A DNA stretch of 64,000 nucleotides from Candidatus Methylacidiphilales bacterium (GTDB lineage: Bacteria; Verrucomicrobiota; Verrucomicrobiia; Methylacidiphilales; JAAUTS01). Location: NCBI GenBank assembly GCA_038250235.1, contig JBBSCO010000007.1, positions 1,477 through 65,476 of the forward strand. Reading direction: 5' to 3'. The notes beneath the pieces are model-generated. The model saw only the letters and a program-made list of their open reading frames with translations. It was not told the DNA's origin and ran no database searches. The translations under genes were made by a program, and so were the position numbers. This document shows, one piece after another, positions 1-9,519 of the stretch (the stretch's first letter is position 1; each line of letters starts with the position of its first letter).

Positions 1-235
1 TCAGTAATCGTTCCTCATGGATACTGGAATGCAGCATTTTTTCCGATTCTGTCAAAGGAAGGCCATCGGCCAGGGGCAACATTTTCCGGATGGCAGGGAT
101 ACGGACACCGATAAAACGATCGCCTTCACCGTAGTGACCCGGTCCTGTTTTGAAAAAGCGCTGCAAAAAGGAAGCGTCTTTGGAGTTGGCCTGTTGGTGG
201 AGTTCCGCGAGAAGTCCGGATCGTGTCGGGATCAT
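1..235 (-). CDS. DNA alkylation repair protein (AlkD-like HEAT-repeat family), N-terminal part only; the gene runs off the left edge
   Basis: My own translation of the minus strand from the ATG at 235-233 reads MIPTRSGLLAELHQQANSKDASFLQRFFKTGPGHYGEGDRFIGVRIPAIRKMLPLADGLP... The FLQRFFKTGPG.YGEGD.F.GV..P..R pattern is typical of the DNA alkylation repair enzyme family. The ORF is absent from the track because the window edge truncates it. Confidence 0.6.
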   Translation of the reverse strand, partial: MIPTRSGLLAELHQQANSKDASFLQRFFKTGPGHYGEGDRFIGVRIPAIRKMLPLADGLPLTESEKMLHSSIHEERLL

Positions 236-318
236 TGGGAGGGACTACCGCTTTTTAGGTCTCCGGTCAAAACCTCTTGTGATTGACGGTTGGCCTTTCC
301 TGACCTAGTTCCAAGGGC

Positions 319-1053
319 ATGGATTGGATCTCCGACCCGGCAATCTGGATCAGCTTGGTCACACTGACCTTCATGGAAATCGTGCTGGGCATCGACAACG
401 TTGTCTTCATTTCCATCCTGGCAAGCAAACTGCCAAAGGAAATGCAAAAGAAAGCACGTCAGGTCGGATTATCCCTCGCCCTGATCACACGACTCTTGCT
501 TTTGGCCGGTATTGCCTGGATTGCGAAACTGACCACGCCGCTGTTTGCGGTTCTTGAACACACGGTTTCGGGCCGGGATCTTGTGCTTTTGTTGGGGGGA
601 CTTTTCCTGTTATATAAGAGTACGACTGAAATCCACCACAAATTGGAAGGGGACGAAGGTTCTCAGATCGCCAAAGGGGCGGTCACTTTCAGCGGAGTCA
701 TCCTCCAAATCCTTATTCTGGATATTGTGTTCTCTTTGGATTCGGTCATTACGGCGGTAGGTATGGCTAATGAGCTGTGGGTGATGATGGTGGCGGTGAT
801 TCTGGCTCTTGGCTTCATGCTGTTTTTTGCGGGGGTGATCAGTGATTTTGTCAACAACCACCCTACCGTCAAAATGCTGGCCCTGAGCTTCCTCCTGCTC
901 ATCGGTGTTATGTTGGTGGCGGAAGGCCTTGGCCAGCATATACCCAAAGGCTATATCTATTTTGCCATGGCCTTTTCCGTCGGGGTTGAAATGCTTAACC
1001 TGAAGATGAAACGCAAAGTGAAGCCGGTCGAACTTCGCAAGGGAGTTATCTGA
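319..1053 (+). CDS. TerC-family integral membrane protein
   Basis: The 244-aa product is a multi-pass hydrophobic protein. The N-terminal LVTLTFMEIVLGIDNVVFISILA motif is characteristic of TerC/YoaE-type membrane proteins. Confidence 0.75.
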   Translation: MDWISDPAIWISLVTLTFMEIVLGIDNVVFISILASKLPKEMQKKARQVGLSLALITRLLLLAGIAWIAKLTTPLFAVLEHTVSGRDLVLLLGGLFLLYKSTTEIHHKLEGDEGSQIAKGAVTFSGVILQILILDIVFSLDSVITAVGMANELWVMMVAVILALGFMLFFAGVISDFVNNHPTVKMLALSFLLLIGVMLVAEGLGQHIPKGYIYFAMAFSVGVEMLNLKMKRKVKPVELRKGVI

Positions 1054-1084
1054 CCCGCACCCGCACCCGCACTTGCAAGGACAT

Positions 1085-2074
1085 ATGTCTCTAGGTTCAA
1101 TCGATTTTCATGCCAGCCGCTATCCGGAGGCTGTGGTGGAGCGGATGAGGCAATCCCTGCGCAGCCGCTGCATGGATCACCAGTTTCATTACGTCACGGA
1201 GCGACAGGCTTCACGTTGGCTGGCCCTGCATGAACGGTATTCGCCCTCCCGTAGGCATGCGGATTGCGGACGGATGTATGAGGAAGCCTTCGACTCCGCT
1301 GCCCGGGAATGTTCTGGACCGGTGCAACTTATTGGCCTGGGCTGCGGTGGCGGCAGGAAAGACGCCAGGCTCCTCAGAAGACTCCAGGCGAACCGTCACT
1401 CCCTGCGTTATGTCGCAGCTGATGTCAGCCCGGCTCTGGTCAAAGAGGCTCGTGAGTACGTCCAGGAATCCCTCGGGATACCTTTGAATGCCACCCGGGG
1501 TTTGGTGGCTGATTTTATGTCGGCCAAGGGTCTGGATGCCTACTGGCGGAAAGGTGGAAAAAGTGACGAGAAGCAGTTGTTTTCTTTCCTGGGCATGATG
1601 CCGAACTTTGAACCGGACGAGGCGCTGGGACTTTTGTCAGGATGGCTTGGGGCAGGGGACATTCTGGTTTTGAGCGCTAACCTGGCACCTGGTGGTGACT
1701 ACGAGGAGGGCTGCCGGAGGGTTCTCCCCCAATATGACAACATTGAAACCCGCCACTGGCTGATAACGGTGATGGAGGATCTCGGCGTAACGGTTGGGAT
1801 TTCGGACGTGGAATTCCGGATTAACGACTATCAAGGGGTTAAGCGGATCGAGGCAGACCTGATTATTCCGGAAGACAGCCGGATTGTTTATGAAGGGGTT
1901 GAATATCTTTACAATAAAGGGGAGAGGTTCCGTCTGTTTTATTCCAACAGGTTTCAACCGGCGCAACTGGATCGGATGCTAAAGCTGCATGGTTTTGAAA
2001 TACTGTGCCGGAGCCTGACAGACTCGGAGGAGGAAGGTGCCTGGGTGGTGAAGAGGAACACCAACAAAGAGTGA
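1085..2074 (+). CDS. SAM-dependent methyltransferase, EgtD/histidine-specific-methyltransferase-like layout
   Basis: The track ORF 1073-2074 starts at TTG, and the first ATG is at 1085. It carries the glycine-rich loop LIGLGCGGGRKDARLL followed by YVAADVS. The overall arrangement resembles EgtD-type methyltransferases, judged by eye only. Confidence 0.5.
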   Translation: MSLGSIDFHASRYPEAVVERMRQSLRSRCMDHQFHYVTERQASRWLALHERYSPSRRHADCGRMYEEAFDSAARECSGPVQLIGLGCGGGRKDARLLRRLQANRHSLRYVAADVSPALVKEAREYVQESLGIPLNATRGLVADFMSAKGLDAYWRKGGKSDEKQLFSFLGMMPNFEPDEALGLLSGWLGAGDILVLSANLAPGGDYEEGCRRVLPQYDNIETRHWLITVMEDLGVTVGISDVEFRINDYQGVKRIEADLIIPEDSRIVYEGVEYLYNKGERFRLFYSNRFQPAQLDRMLKLHGFEILCRSLTDSEEEGAWVVKRNTNKE

Positions 2075-2197
2075 ACAAAGAGATCCCGGTGATCGTTTCA
2101 GCCCAAATTTTTATAGGCCATTTATTGTGCCGATAGTTTTAGGGACGCTCCTTAAAACCACAGTCATTCAACAAGGCCGTCAGACCCACATCTGGGC

Positions 2198-2815
2198 TTA
2201 CTTCTGCCTGCTCAGCCTTCCTGCCATGAGCGTGAGGCCGCTGATGTTGAAGGGCAGGATGTCCAGTATGAGTCCGGGGTCGGCCTGGATTTCGGGAAAT
2301 AATTCCTGACTGACAAAGGTTTCGCGATGGCCGGCCAGATCTTCCCCCAGCTTGGAGGCCAGGTTGACGGGATTGCCGAAAAAATCATGACCGGGTATCC
2401 AGAGGATACGTCCGCTGGCGATGCCGATGCTGACCACGACATCGTCCACATCCGGCAGGCCATTGGCCAGGTATTGAAAGGTGTCGTGGATGGCCAGGGC
2501 GCAATGGACGGCGTCCATGCCGTGCTGGAAAACTGCATAGGCATTATCGGCTTCAAATTTGACCAACTGCCCGTTGTGCTGCTCCAGCAGCGGGGCCACG
2601 ATTTTCTGCATGTAACGGATTTTCCGGAGAAAAAAGAGCAGGCCGTATTTCTGGACCTTGGTGGTGAAGCCAGCCATATCGAGGATGAGAACCGTCTTTT
2701 CCGCCCCGAAGCGGCTCCAGAGTTCCGCTTCCAGGGCCTCACGCTGTTCCGGACTGGAATCATTGCAGGCGTCGAGGCGAGCGTAGAATTCCTGCATGTA
2801 GTGGTCGAAGGACAT
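2198..2815 (-). CDS. Stand-alone class III nucleotide cyclase homology domain protein (205 aa)
   Basis: Motifs are VLILDMAGFTTKV (metal Asp), KFEADNAYAVF, and IGIASGRILWIPGHDFFGNPVNLASKLGED (the fG..VN.AsrL signature). No sensor or transmembrane region is present. Confidence 0.55.
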   Translation of the reverse strand: MSFDHYMQEFYARLDACNDSSPEQREALEAELWSRFGAEKTVLILDMAGFTTKVQKYGLLFFLRKIRYMQKIVAPLLEQHNGQLVKFEADNAYAVFQHGMDAVHCALAIHDTFQYLANGLPDVDDVVVSIGIASGRILWIPGHDFFGNPVNLASKLGEDLAGHRETFVSQELFPEIQADPGLILDILPFNISGLTLMAGRLSRQK

Positions 2816-2906
2816 GAGGAATGTTTACCATGGAGACATGGAGGCAAGGAGTAAAAAGTGAGGGGAATTTTTTGCGAAAAAAGGGAGTGGAAGCTTTAAT
2901 ATCATT

Positions 2907-3956
2907 TCAGTAGCAATCAACACGAGGATTGCCGGCGTTGACCAGGTGGCGTTCCGGGGTTTCGGCTTCGAAGGGGGCGTCGCTGTCCAGATACTGGTCG
3001 CAGGTTCTGAAGAATGTTACCTCGTCAGGACAACGGCGGATTTCGTGGAGAAAGTGGTCTTCGGGATCGATTTTCTGGGCGATGAAATTCATGTATTTCT
3101 TCATTTTGGCCACGCGGATTTTGCCGGGCAGGGTGTCGGGCATGGTTTCGCGGTATAGTTTTTCCACGTAGGCACGGAGGTCGCGCAGGGTAGGCTGGGT
3201 TTGGACTTGTCCGGTATCGCAGAGTTCCCGGATCTGGCTGAAGATCCAGGGATTGCGGATGGCTCCCCGTCCGATCATCAAGCCTCCAGCGCCTGTTTCG
3301 GAGGCTATTTCCAAGGCCATGGAGGCACTCAGGATATTGCCGTTGGCAAAGACAGGGCAGGGCATGCGGCGAACGGCTTCGGCAATCAGATCATAGTGAA
3401 CGGCGGCGCGATACATTTCTTTCACCGTGCGGCCATGAACGGTGAGAGCGGAGATGGCGTGGGAGCTGTAGATGTCGAGGAGCTTTGAAAATTCCGCAGG
3501 ATCATCAAAACCGATCCTGGTTTTGACCGTGAAGGGAATAGAGATGGCCGCCCGCAGGGCCTTTAGCACGGCGTTGACGTGATCGAGTTGGCGCAGCATG
3601 CCGCCGCCGGACGATTTGCGGCAAACAATGGGGGCTGGACAGCCAAGGTTGAGATCGATGGCGAGCAGCTTTTCTTTCTGGAGCTTTTCCACGGTGCGGA
3701 CCAGAGCGGGGATGTCCTGACCGATAACCTGGGCAATGACGGGTTTTTGCGCCGGATTGGTGCGGATGGCTTCGAGAATGTGTGAGTCCAGGCTGGAGGT
3801 GGAGTGAACCCTGAAATATTCCGTGAAATAGATGTCAGGCCCTCCGTAGTGGTGCATAATGCGCCAAAAGGGCAGATCCGTGACATCCTGCATGGGGGCA
3901 AGCAGGAGAACGGGGCGTTTCTCAGGAAAAACGGAAGTAAACGACACAGAGGCCAT
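2907..3956 (-). CDS. tRNA-dihydrouridine synthase (Dus family)
   Basis: The 349-aa product contains LLAPMQDVTDLPFWRIM, IDLNLGCPAPIVCRKSSGGGML and TVHGRT, which are typical Dus FMN TIM-barrel motifs. Confidence 0.85.
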   Translation of the reverse strand: MASVSFTSVFPEKRPVLLLAPMQDVTDLPFWRIMHHYGGPDIYFTEYFRVHSTSSLDSHILEAIRTNPAQKPVIAQVIGQDIPALVRTVEKLQKEKLLAIDLNLGCPAPIVCRKSSGGGMLRQLDHVNAVLKALRAAISIPFTVKTRIGFDDPAEFSKLLDIYSSHAISALTVHGRTVKEMYRAAVHYDLIAEAVRRMPCPVFANGNILSASMALEIASETGAGGLMIGRGAIRNPWIFSQIRELCDTGQVQTQPTLRDLRAYVEKLYRETMPDTLPGKIRVAKMKKYMNFIAQKIDPEDHFLHEIRRCPDEVTFFRTCDQYLDSDAPFEAETPERHLVNAGNPRVDCY

Positions 3957-4045
3957 TAAACAGAAGTCAACGAAGGGAACGAAGTTTTTAATTTCTTAAA
4001 AAAAGACCGGCTGTACGGTGCCTGGTTACCTTCGTTATCTTCTAT

Positions 4046-4615
4046 TCAACGCAACTCTGACCACCATTGGTTGACGATTTCCATGGGGAGGCCGATGACA
4101 TTGGTTTTGGAGCCTTCAATTCTTTCGACAACATCGTAGCCGTGTTCCTGAAAGGCGTAGGCTCCGGCCTTGTCCAGGACGTGTACTTTGGCCAGATAAG
4201 CCGTGATGGCGGCATCATCCAAGGGGCGAAATGTGACATGGGTGCGGGCCACGTGTTCATGCATGATTTTTTGTTGAACTTTGAGCCAGACCGCTGCGGT
4301 GATGACTTCGTGTGTCTTGTTGCTGAGCCAGCCCAGCATTTGCCGTGCTTGGGCCAGGTCGGCAGGTTTCCCCAGGGTTTTTCCATCGCAAAAAACAATG
4401 GTGTCCGCGGCCAGGATGACGCCCTGCGGGTGACGGGGAACCACGGCTTCTGCCTTCAGCCGGGCGTTGGCCTTGGCCAGTTCAATGGGGGAGAGATCGG
4501 GGTGGGTTACCGCATCGAATTCATCCACCATGGGTGCGTCCACACGGAAAAGGATTCCGGCTTCTTCCAGAAGGTCCTGGCGGCGGGGTGAACTGGATGC
4601 GAGAATAAGTTCCAC
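4046..4615 (-). CDS. maf: Maf-like nucleoside triphosphate pyrophosphatase
   Basis: The 189-aa product has the N-terminus MELILASSSPRRQDLLEEAGI and the C-terminal motifs AGAYAFQ and NVIGLP, which are diagnostic of the Maf family. Confidence 0.85.
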   Translation of the reverse strand: MELILASSSPRRQDLLEEAGILFRVDAPMVDEFDAVTHPDLSPIELAKANARLKAEAVVPRHPQGVILAADTIVFCDGKTLGKPADLAQARQMLGWLSNKTHEVITAAVWLKVQQKIMHEHVARTHVTFRPLDDAAITAYLAKVHVLDKAGAYAFQEHGYDVVERIEGSKTNVIGLPMEIVNQWWSELR

Positions 4616-4749
4616 GCGATGGTTTTATCCGCAGGGGACGGGGTTTGAACAGATTATTTTCGGGTCGGTCTGCGGATAATAAAGAAGCCTTATCCAGAGG
4701 TCGGCAAGCCTGATCCTTCGACTTTACCCAGAATGATGTAGTGGAGGAA

Positions 4750-7098
4750 TCAGGGCTTGGTGGCGACGGCGGTCTTCGGTGCGTTTTTGTCGGCGATGGC
4801 GATATAATCGCTGAGGATGCGGAGGGCTTCGCGCAGATGGAGATCGGCGGCAAAGGATTCAGCCGGGGTGGGTTCTTGATCAGGCTTTCCGTCTTCATCC
4901 TCGTCTTCTTCAAGACGGGCTTTCATACCTGTGATTTTGGGTGCTTCGGTGGTGCCTTCCAGATTGTCGAAGGTGATGTTGAGGATGGACGGGCTGGATT
5001 TGGACATGGCCTTGATGGTCCGCTTGCGATCTACCACACGTTTTTTTTCCGTGGTTTTCTCCAGTTTGCGGTCTTCCTCGTTGAGTGAGATCTTCTTGTC
5101 CTCAAGGCGTTTCTTGAGGCGTTCAATATCTTCAAAAAGCAGTTTGAAATCGGGATCTTTTTCGATGCGGGTTTTGGAATTGTCGGTCAGGAGCCGGAGT
5201 GAATTTTCCACGCCTTCATTGACGATGCTGAAATTGGCGGAGGGGATTTCATCCCAGGCCAGGGCGTGGGGTAGTTTTTCTTCACCCAGATCCAGGTATT
5301 CGTTGATGGAAGGGATGATGATATCGGGCACAACACCGCGGTTCTGGGTGGAGTGTCCGTTTGGTAGATAGAATTTCTGGATGGTCAGCTTGACGGCCCC
5401 GGCGTCGGGTTTTTTCCCGAAGATGGGAAGGATAAAGTTATTGATTTCAGTCACCGTCTGTACTGTGCCTTTTCCGTGGGTGCTTTGATCCCCGACAATG
5501 ACGGCGCGTCCGTAATTTTGGAGAGCACCGGCTGCGATTTCCGAGGCGGAGGCACTCAGTTTGTTGGTTAGAACAATCAGAGGGCCATCAAAAACGACGC
5601 CGCGTTCCTGGTCCTCGAGCTTCTGGACTTCTCCCTGAGGGTTCTTGATCTGGACGACGGGACCCCGGTCGATAAAGAGGCCGACGAGGCGGACGGCTTC
5701 CCCGAGAAGACCTCCGCCGTTGTTGCGTAGATCCAGAACCAGGCCGTCGATTTTCTTTGCTTTCAGTTTTTCAATAAGCACGCGGACATCGTCGGTGGTG
5801 CCGGAACTGCCCCCGGCATCGTCTCCGGCCAGTTTTTTATCGCTGATGGGACCGTAGAAAGAGGGTAGGTCGATGATGCCCAGGCGCAGGGTTTCCCCAT
5901 TGGCACCTTTTTGTTCAATCAATTTCGCTTTGGCCCGCTGGCTGGTGAGTTTGATTTCATTCCGGATCAGCTTGACCTCATTCCGGACGGAGGAATCTGC
6001 GGTCGCAGGAATGACTTTGAGACGGACGGTGGAGCCTTTTTCACCGCGGATCAGGCGGACGGCATAACGGAGCTTCATGTCCACGATATCGGTATACTCG
6101 GCATTGCCCTGGCCAACGCCGACAATACGATCGTTTACCTTGAGTCTTTTATCCAGATCAGCCGGGCCTCCTGGAATAATTTCCTTGATGGTGCAATAAC
6201 CATCTTCGGTGGTGAGAACCGCACCGATACCGACAAGGGAGAGATTCATGCCGATGGCAAAATCTTCCAGGGCACTGGGTCCAAGATATTGGCTGTGCGG
6301 ATCGTAGAGCATGGTCAGGGAGGAGAGATAGGTCTGAATGACTTCTTCGTCGTCGGTTTCGCCGAATGTTTTGCGCAACTGGGCATAACGTTTTTTCAGA
6401 CGATCCAGGGGTTCAGCCTCCTTTTTGTCGGCTAGACGGTCGTTAAGTAGATCGTATTTGATCTTTTGTTCCCAAAAGTTGTCGGCTTCGGATTGGGTGG
6501 CGGGCCATGGGGCTTTGCCGCGATCCGGGGTATAGAAGTCTTTCTGGCTAAAATCGAAAGGTTTGTTCATGCGGGCGGCGACCCAGTCGAGGCGGGTGTT
6601 GAGCCGTTCTTTGAAGACGCCGAAAATTTCAAAGGCGGGGTCCAGGTCGCCGGAGGAAACTTTTTTCCCGAGATTTCCGCTATATTTTTTTTCAAAGGTT
6701 TGGAGATCGCTTTCGAGGAAAAAGAGGTGGTTGTAATCGAGGCCCTTCATGTAGGCATCGATCCATTCTTTGGATGTCTTTTCATCCAGGGGATGTTTGG
6801 CAAAGTGTTGTTCCTGAAGGAATCGGGCGATGAGTTCTGCGGCCTTCTGATAAATTTCCCGGGATTGGGCGACCTGTTTGGAGTTGGGGGCGCTGCTTGT
6901 GTTAGCTGTTGCGACCAGATCGGAAGAGGGGGCGTTTTCGTTGAGCAGGGTTGATACCGCTTCTTTTTCCTTGGCGGTACAGCCGGTCATGAACGATCCG
7001 GGAAGGAGTCCCCACACGAGCAAAAGGAATGCTATTTTTAAGGAGTGTGCCAACATGATGTTGAGTGGGAACATAACAGAAGAAGAGGATCTTGTCAC
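4750..7098 (-). CDS. prc: Tail-specific / carboxy-terminal processing protease (peptidase S41)
   Basis: The 782-aa product has a lipoprotein-like signal (..GSFMTGC) and a PDZ-like segment (LVGIGAVLTTEDGYCTIKEIIPGGPA). The S41 core is LDLRNNGGGLL ... LTNKLSASASEI ... THGKGTVQ. Confidence 0.85.
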   Translation of the reverse strand: MTRSSSSVMFPLNIMLAHSLKIAFLLLVWGLLPGSFMTGCTAKEKEAVSTLLNENAPSSDLVATANTSSAPNSKQVAQSREIYQKAAELIARFLQEQHFAKHPLDEKTSKEWIDAYMKGLDYNHLFFLESDLQTFEKKYSGNLGKKVSSGDLDPAFEIFGVFKERLNTRLDWVAARMNKPFDFSQKDFYTPDRGKAPWPATQSEADNFWEQKIKYDLLNDRLADKKEAEPLDRLKKRYAQLRKTFGETDDEEVIQTYLSSLTMLYDPHSQYLGPSALEDFAIGMNLSLVGIGAVLTTEDGYCTIKEIIPGGPADLDKRLKVNDRIVGVGQGNAEYTDIVDMKLRYAVRLIRGEKGSTVRLKVIPATADSSVRNEVKLIRNEIKLTSQRAKAKLIEQKGANGETLRLGIIDLPSFYGPISDKKLAGDDAGGSSGTTDDVRVLIEKLKAKKIDGLVLDLRNNGGGLLGEAVRLVGLFIDRGPVVQIKNPQGEVQKLEDQERGVVFDGPLIVLTNKLSASASEIAAGALQNYGRAVIVGDQSTHGKGTVQTVTEINNFILPIFGKKPDAGAVKLTIQKFYLPNGHSTQNRGVVPDIIIPSINEYLDLGEEKLPHALAWDEIPSANFSIVNEGVENSLRLLTDNSKTRIEKDPDFKLLFEDIERLKKRLEDKKISLNEEDRKLEKTTEKKRVVDRKRTIKAMSKSSPSILNITFDNLEGTTEAPKITGMKARLEEDEDEDGKPDQEPTPAESFAADLHLREALRILSDYIAIADKNAPKTAVATKP

Positions 7099-7456
7099 AT
7101 TACAGATGGGAAAGGCCTAAACAAGTGAGAAGAATGGGTTTTCGCCGGCTTCTTTTTGTGTTAAATCTCCAAGATGCGTTCCTACTGGGAAATTTTGGCT
7201 GATCATCTTGCGGAGAACCCGGAATCTTTACGCCGTGCACTTAACACTTGGAGGGCTGGAAGGAACGTGGACAAGGGGCCCCGCAAAGGGTTTTGAAGTG
7301 GAGACAACATATTCTGGAGGCCCAGGAAGGATGGGAGGGAATGGATGCCCTGCTGGAATTGCCGCGTGCACCGAGGGAAGCGGACATTCGTATGCGGGAC
7401 TTTCATCCCTTTGCTGGAATTTTGTCACGCGGGCAGCGGCGTCAGGCTGCCGAGTT

Positions 7457-7999
7457 ATGCGCTTACAGGCACTAAGACATCAGGCGGAAACCGTGCAATC
7501 CCTGACCCGCTGGGAGAGCGACTGTATTCTGGGGTCTGCTTCGTTTCTTCCTGTGTACCCTGAATTGGGTAATCCCGGAGGTGCTTTGAAATTGTGCTAT
7601 GATGGAGATCGTTTGATTTCACCCAGTGACGAAAAGACAGCCGCGATGGTTCATGAAGCTATCGGGGAGGGGAGCTTTTTTGCCGGGCAAAATGGATACT
7701 TATCGGATTTGTTGCGTCCGGAAAATAAGGAAACAATGCCGCGTGGATGGGAGACCCGGCTGAAACAGATGGATGCGGGTTTTCTTTTGAGCTCCCTTCA
7801 CACTTTGGATCTTGCTGTGGTGAAACTTCAGACAGGCAGGGATAAGGCTCAGGTTTTGCTTGGGCAAAGGCTGGATTTGAATTTACTATCCTGGGAAGAG
7901 ATAAAAAGGTATCTGGATCGGACACCGATGACTGAGGAGAAGATACTTCTTAGCAATCAAAGGCTGTCGAATTTGAAAGGCAGAGATTTCTATGAGTGA
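7457..7999 (+). CDS. Hypothetical protein (about 180 aa)
   Basis: This is the in-frame ATG at 7457 inside track ORF 7208-7999. The upstream 83 codons are Gly/Cys-rich and look non-coding. The stop overlaps the start of the next gene (ATGAGTGA), suggesting translational coupling. I recognise no family. Confidence 0.35.
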   Translation: MRLQALRHQAETVQSLTRWESDCILGSASFLPVYPELGNPGGALKLCYDGDRLISPSDEKTAAMVHEAIGEGSFFAGQNGYLSDLLRPENKETMPRGWETRLKQMDAGFLLSSLHTLDLAVVKLQTGRDKAQVLLGQRLDLNLLSWEEIKRYLDRTPMTEEKILLSNQRLSNLKGRDFYE

Positions 8000-8474
8000 A
8001 ACCATCGGCTGGATACTGAGTTTGGTCTTGATTCTAGCGGGTCTGGCGGGGTTGATTCTTCCCGTACTGCCCGGATTGCCGCTGGTTTGGCTCGGGATAT
8101 TGGCCCACAAACTGTTTATTCCCGGAATGCTCTCGTGGTGGACGGTGGTGTTGTTGGGGCTTTTGGTGGGGGTGGCAGCCCTGGTGGAGTGGTTCAGCGG
8201 GATTTGGGGAGCGAGGGCTTTCGGCTCGGGGAAGTGGGGGATGTGGGGGGCGGTGGCAGGTGGGTTGGTCGGGCTTTTCTTTGGATTGCCAGGGCTGTTG
8301 ATCGGGCCTTTGCTGGGGGCTTTTCTCTTTGAATGGTTGATTGGAAAGAAAAAGAAACGTGAAGCGGGAAAAGCGATGGTGGGGGTGGCGGCAGGGATTG
8401 TTGCCTCCGGAATTTTCAAGATAGGTGCCGCTGCCGTGATGTTGGTCTGGGTTGTGGTGGATCTTTTTGTCTAA
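7992..8474 (+). CDS. DUF456-family small membrane protein
   Basis: The 160-aa product begins ILSLVLILAGLAGLILPVLPGLPLVWLGIL and contains repeated Gly-rich transmembrane helices typical of DUF456. Confidence 0.7.
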   Translation: MSETIGWILSLVLILAGLAGLILPVLPGLPLVWLGILAHKLFIPGMLSWWTVVLLGLLVGVAALVEWFSGIWGARAFGSGKWGMWGAVAGGLVGLFFGLPGLLIGPLLGAFLFEWLIGKKKKREAGKAMVGVAAGIVASGIFKIGAAAVMLVWVVVDLFV

Positions 8475-8604
8475 AAAACTCAGAAATGTTGCCCCGGACG
8501 ATGTGAAAATTCGCGAACAGGGAAAAGAAGGATTTCACTGACAGCTTCTATGAAAAGAATTCCGGATTACTGCCCTTTCGCGTGTTTCGCGGGCCAGGAG
8601 ATTT

Positions 8605-9351
8605 TTAAAGTCCCAGCTTGGGTCCATTCACCTTTAGCCAGGATTCCGACTCGCGATAGCGGGGGCAGACTTTTTCAACCAAGGCCCAAAAGCGTGAGGA
8701 ATGGTTCATTTCTTTAAGGTGCATGAGTTCGTGCAGGATGATGTAGTCCCGGACGCTTACAGGAGTTTGGATGAGGCGCCAGTTCAGGGAGATATTGCCC
8801 CGGGTGGAGCAGGATCCCCAGCGGCTGCTCTGGTTGCGGACTGTTACCCGGAGAAACTGCAGGCCGTGTTCCGCTGCCAATTCCCCGACACGAGGTGGGA
8901 GTTCCAGTTTGGCTATTTTCTGGAGCCAAGCCTGAACCAGGGGCCGTAAATTTCCCGACATATCCTTGACGGGAATGCGCTGGTTTCCCAAGAGCACAAA
9001 CTGGCGGGTGCCGTCGCATTCTGCTCCCAGAACGTGGCTCTCGCCGCGAAGAAGAACTTCTGTTCCGGGCGACCAACTGCGTTGGGGAACCACCACGGCG
9101 TCCATCCGCCGGAGTTGGCGTTCGATCCAAGTGCTGCGGCTGCGGGCGAACTCCATGGCATCGCCCAGATTGCCGCGGCGGGGCAGGGTCAGGGAGATGC
9201 TGCGGTCGGAACGGACGTAAAGCAGATAACGGCGTGCGCGGGGATTACGGCGGATATGGACTGGAAGGCGTTTGGAACCGACTTCAACCCAGTCCAGAGG
9301 TTTGACCGGGGGTTCCGGTTTCTGGAAAAGGAAAGACAGCTGGCCGAACAT
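8605..9351 (-). CDS. YgjP/SprT-like zinc metallohydrolase (DUF45 family)
   Basis: The 248-aa product has a C-terminal HELMHLKEMNHSSRFWALV (HExxH) motif typical of the YgjP/DUF45 family. Confidence 0.75.
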   Translation of the reverse strand: MFGQLSFLFQKPEPPVKPLDWVEVGSKRLPVHIRRNPRARRYLLYVRSDRSISLTLPRRGNLGDAMEFARSRSTWIERQLRRMDAVVVPQRSWSPGTEVLLRGESHVLGAECDGTRQFVLLGNQRIPVKDMSGNLRPLVQAWLQKIAKLELPPRVGELAAEHGLQFLRVTVRNQSSRWGSCSTRGNISLNWRLIQTPVSVRDYIILHELMHLKEMNHSSRFWALVEKVCPRYRESESWLKVNGPKLGL

Positions 9352-9370
9352 GGGGAGAGTTTAAGAAAAT

Positions 9371-9473
9371 AACGCAAAGACGCAAAGGGTTTAAGGCGCG
9401 AATTTTACAAAATAAAACTTGGGACAGTAGAATCAACAAGTGTGTTTTGATTCCACTTTGTGCGTTCTTTTAA
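9371..9473. repeat. REP-like intergenic element carrying AACGCAAAGACGCAAAGGG and a degenerate inverted partner
   Basis: AACGCAAAGACGCAAAGGG lies at 9371-9389. A degenerate complementary arm CCACTTTGTGCGTTCTTTTAA lies at about 9453-9473. The same 19-mer recurs at 54502-54520. Both copies sit between two minus-strand genes. Confidence 0.45.
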
Positions 9474-9519
9474 TCGGCGCCTAATTGCCTGAGCCCACGT
9501 TGCGGCCAACATTCTTGGC

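Noticed and set aside
1053-1071. Short microsatellites: (ACCCGC)3 at 1053-1071, (TGCCG)3-4 at about 11213-11232 and (GAATAG)3 at about 47058-47075.
   Set aside because: They are real but only three units long. The first two are intergenic with no evident function. The third is covered in the pseudogene finding.
4625-4679. A 10-bp perfect inverted repeat TTATCCGCAG ... CTGCGGATAA lies between prc and maf and could be a terminator.
   Set aside because: The loop is about 35 nt and no U-tract follows on the transcribed (minus) strand. It could be an operator, but I cannot support either call.
7208-7456. The N-terminal 83 codons of track ORF 7208-7999.
   Set aside because: The stretch is Gly/Cys/Thr-rich and not protein-like. 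The internal ATG at 7457 gives a more plausible gene.
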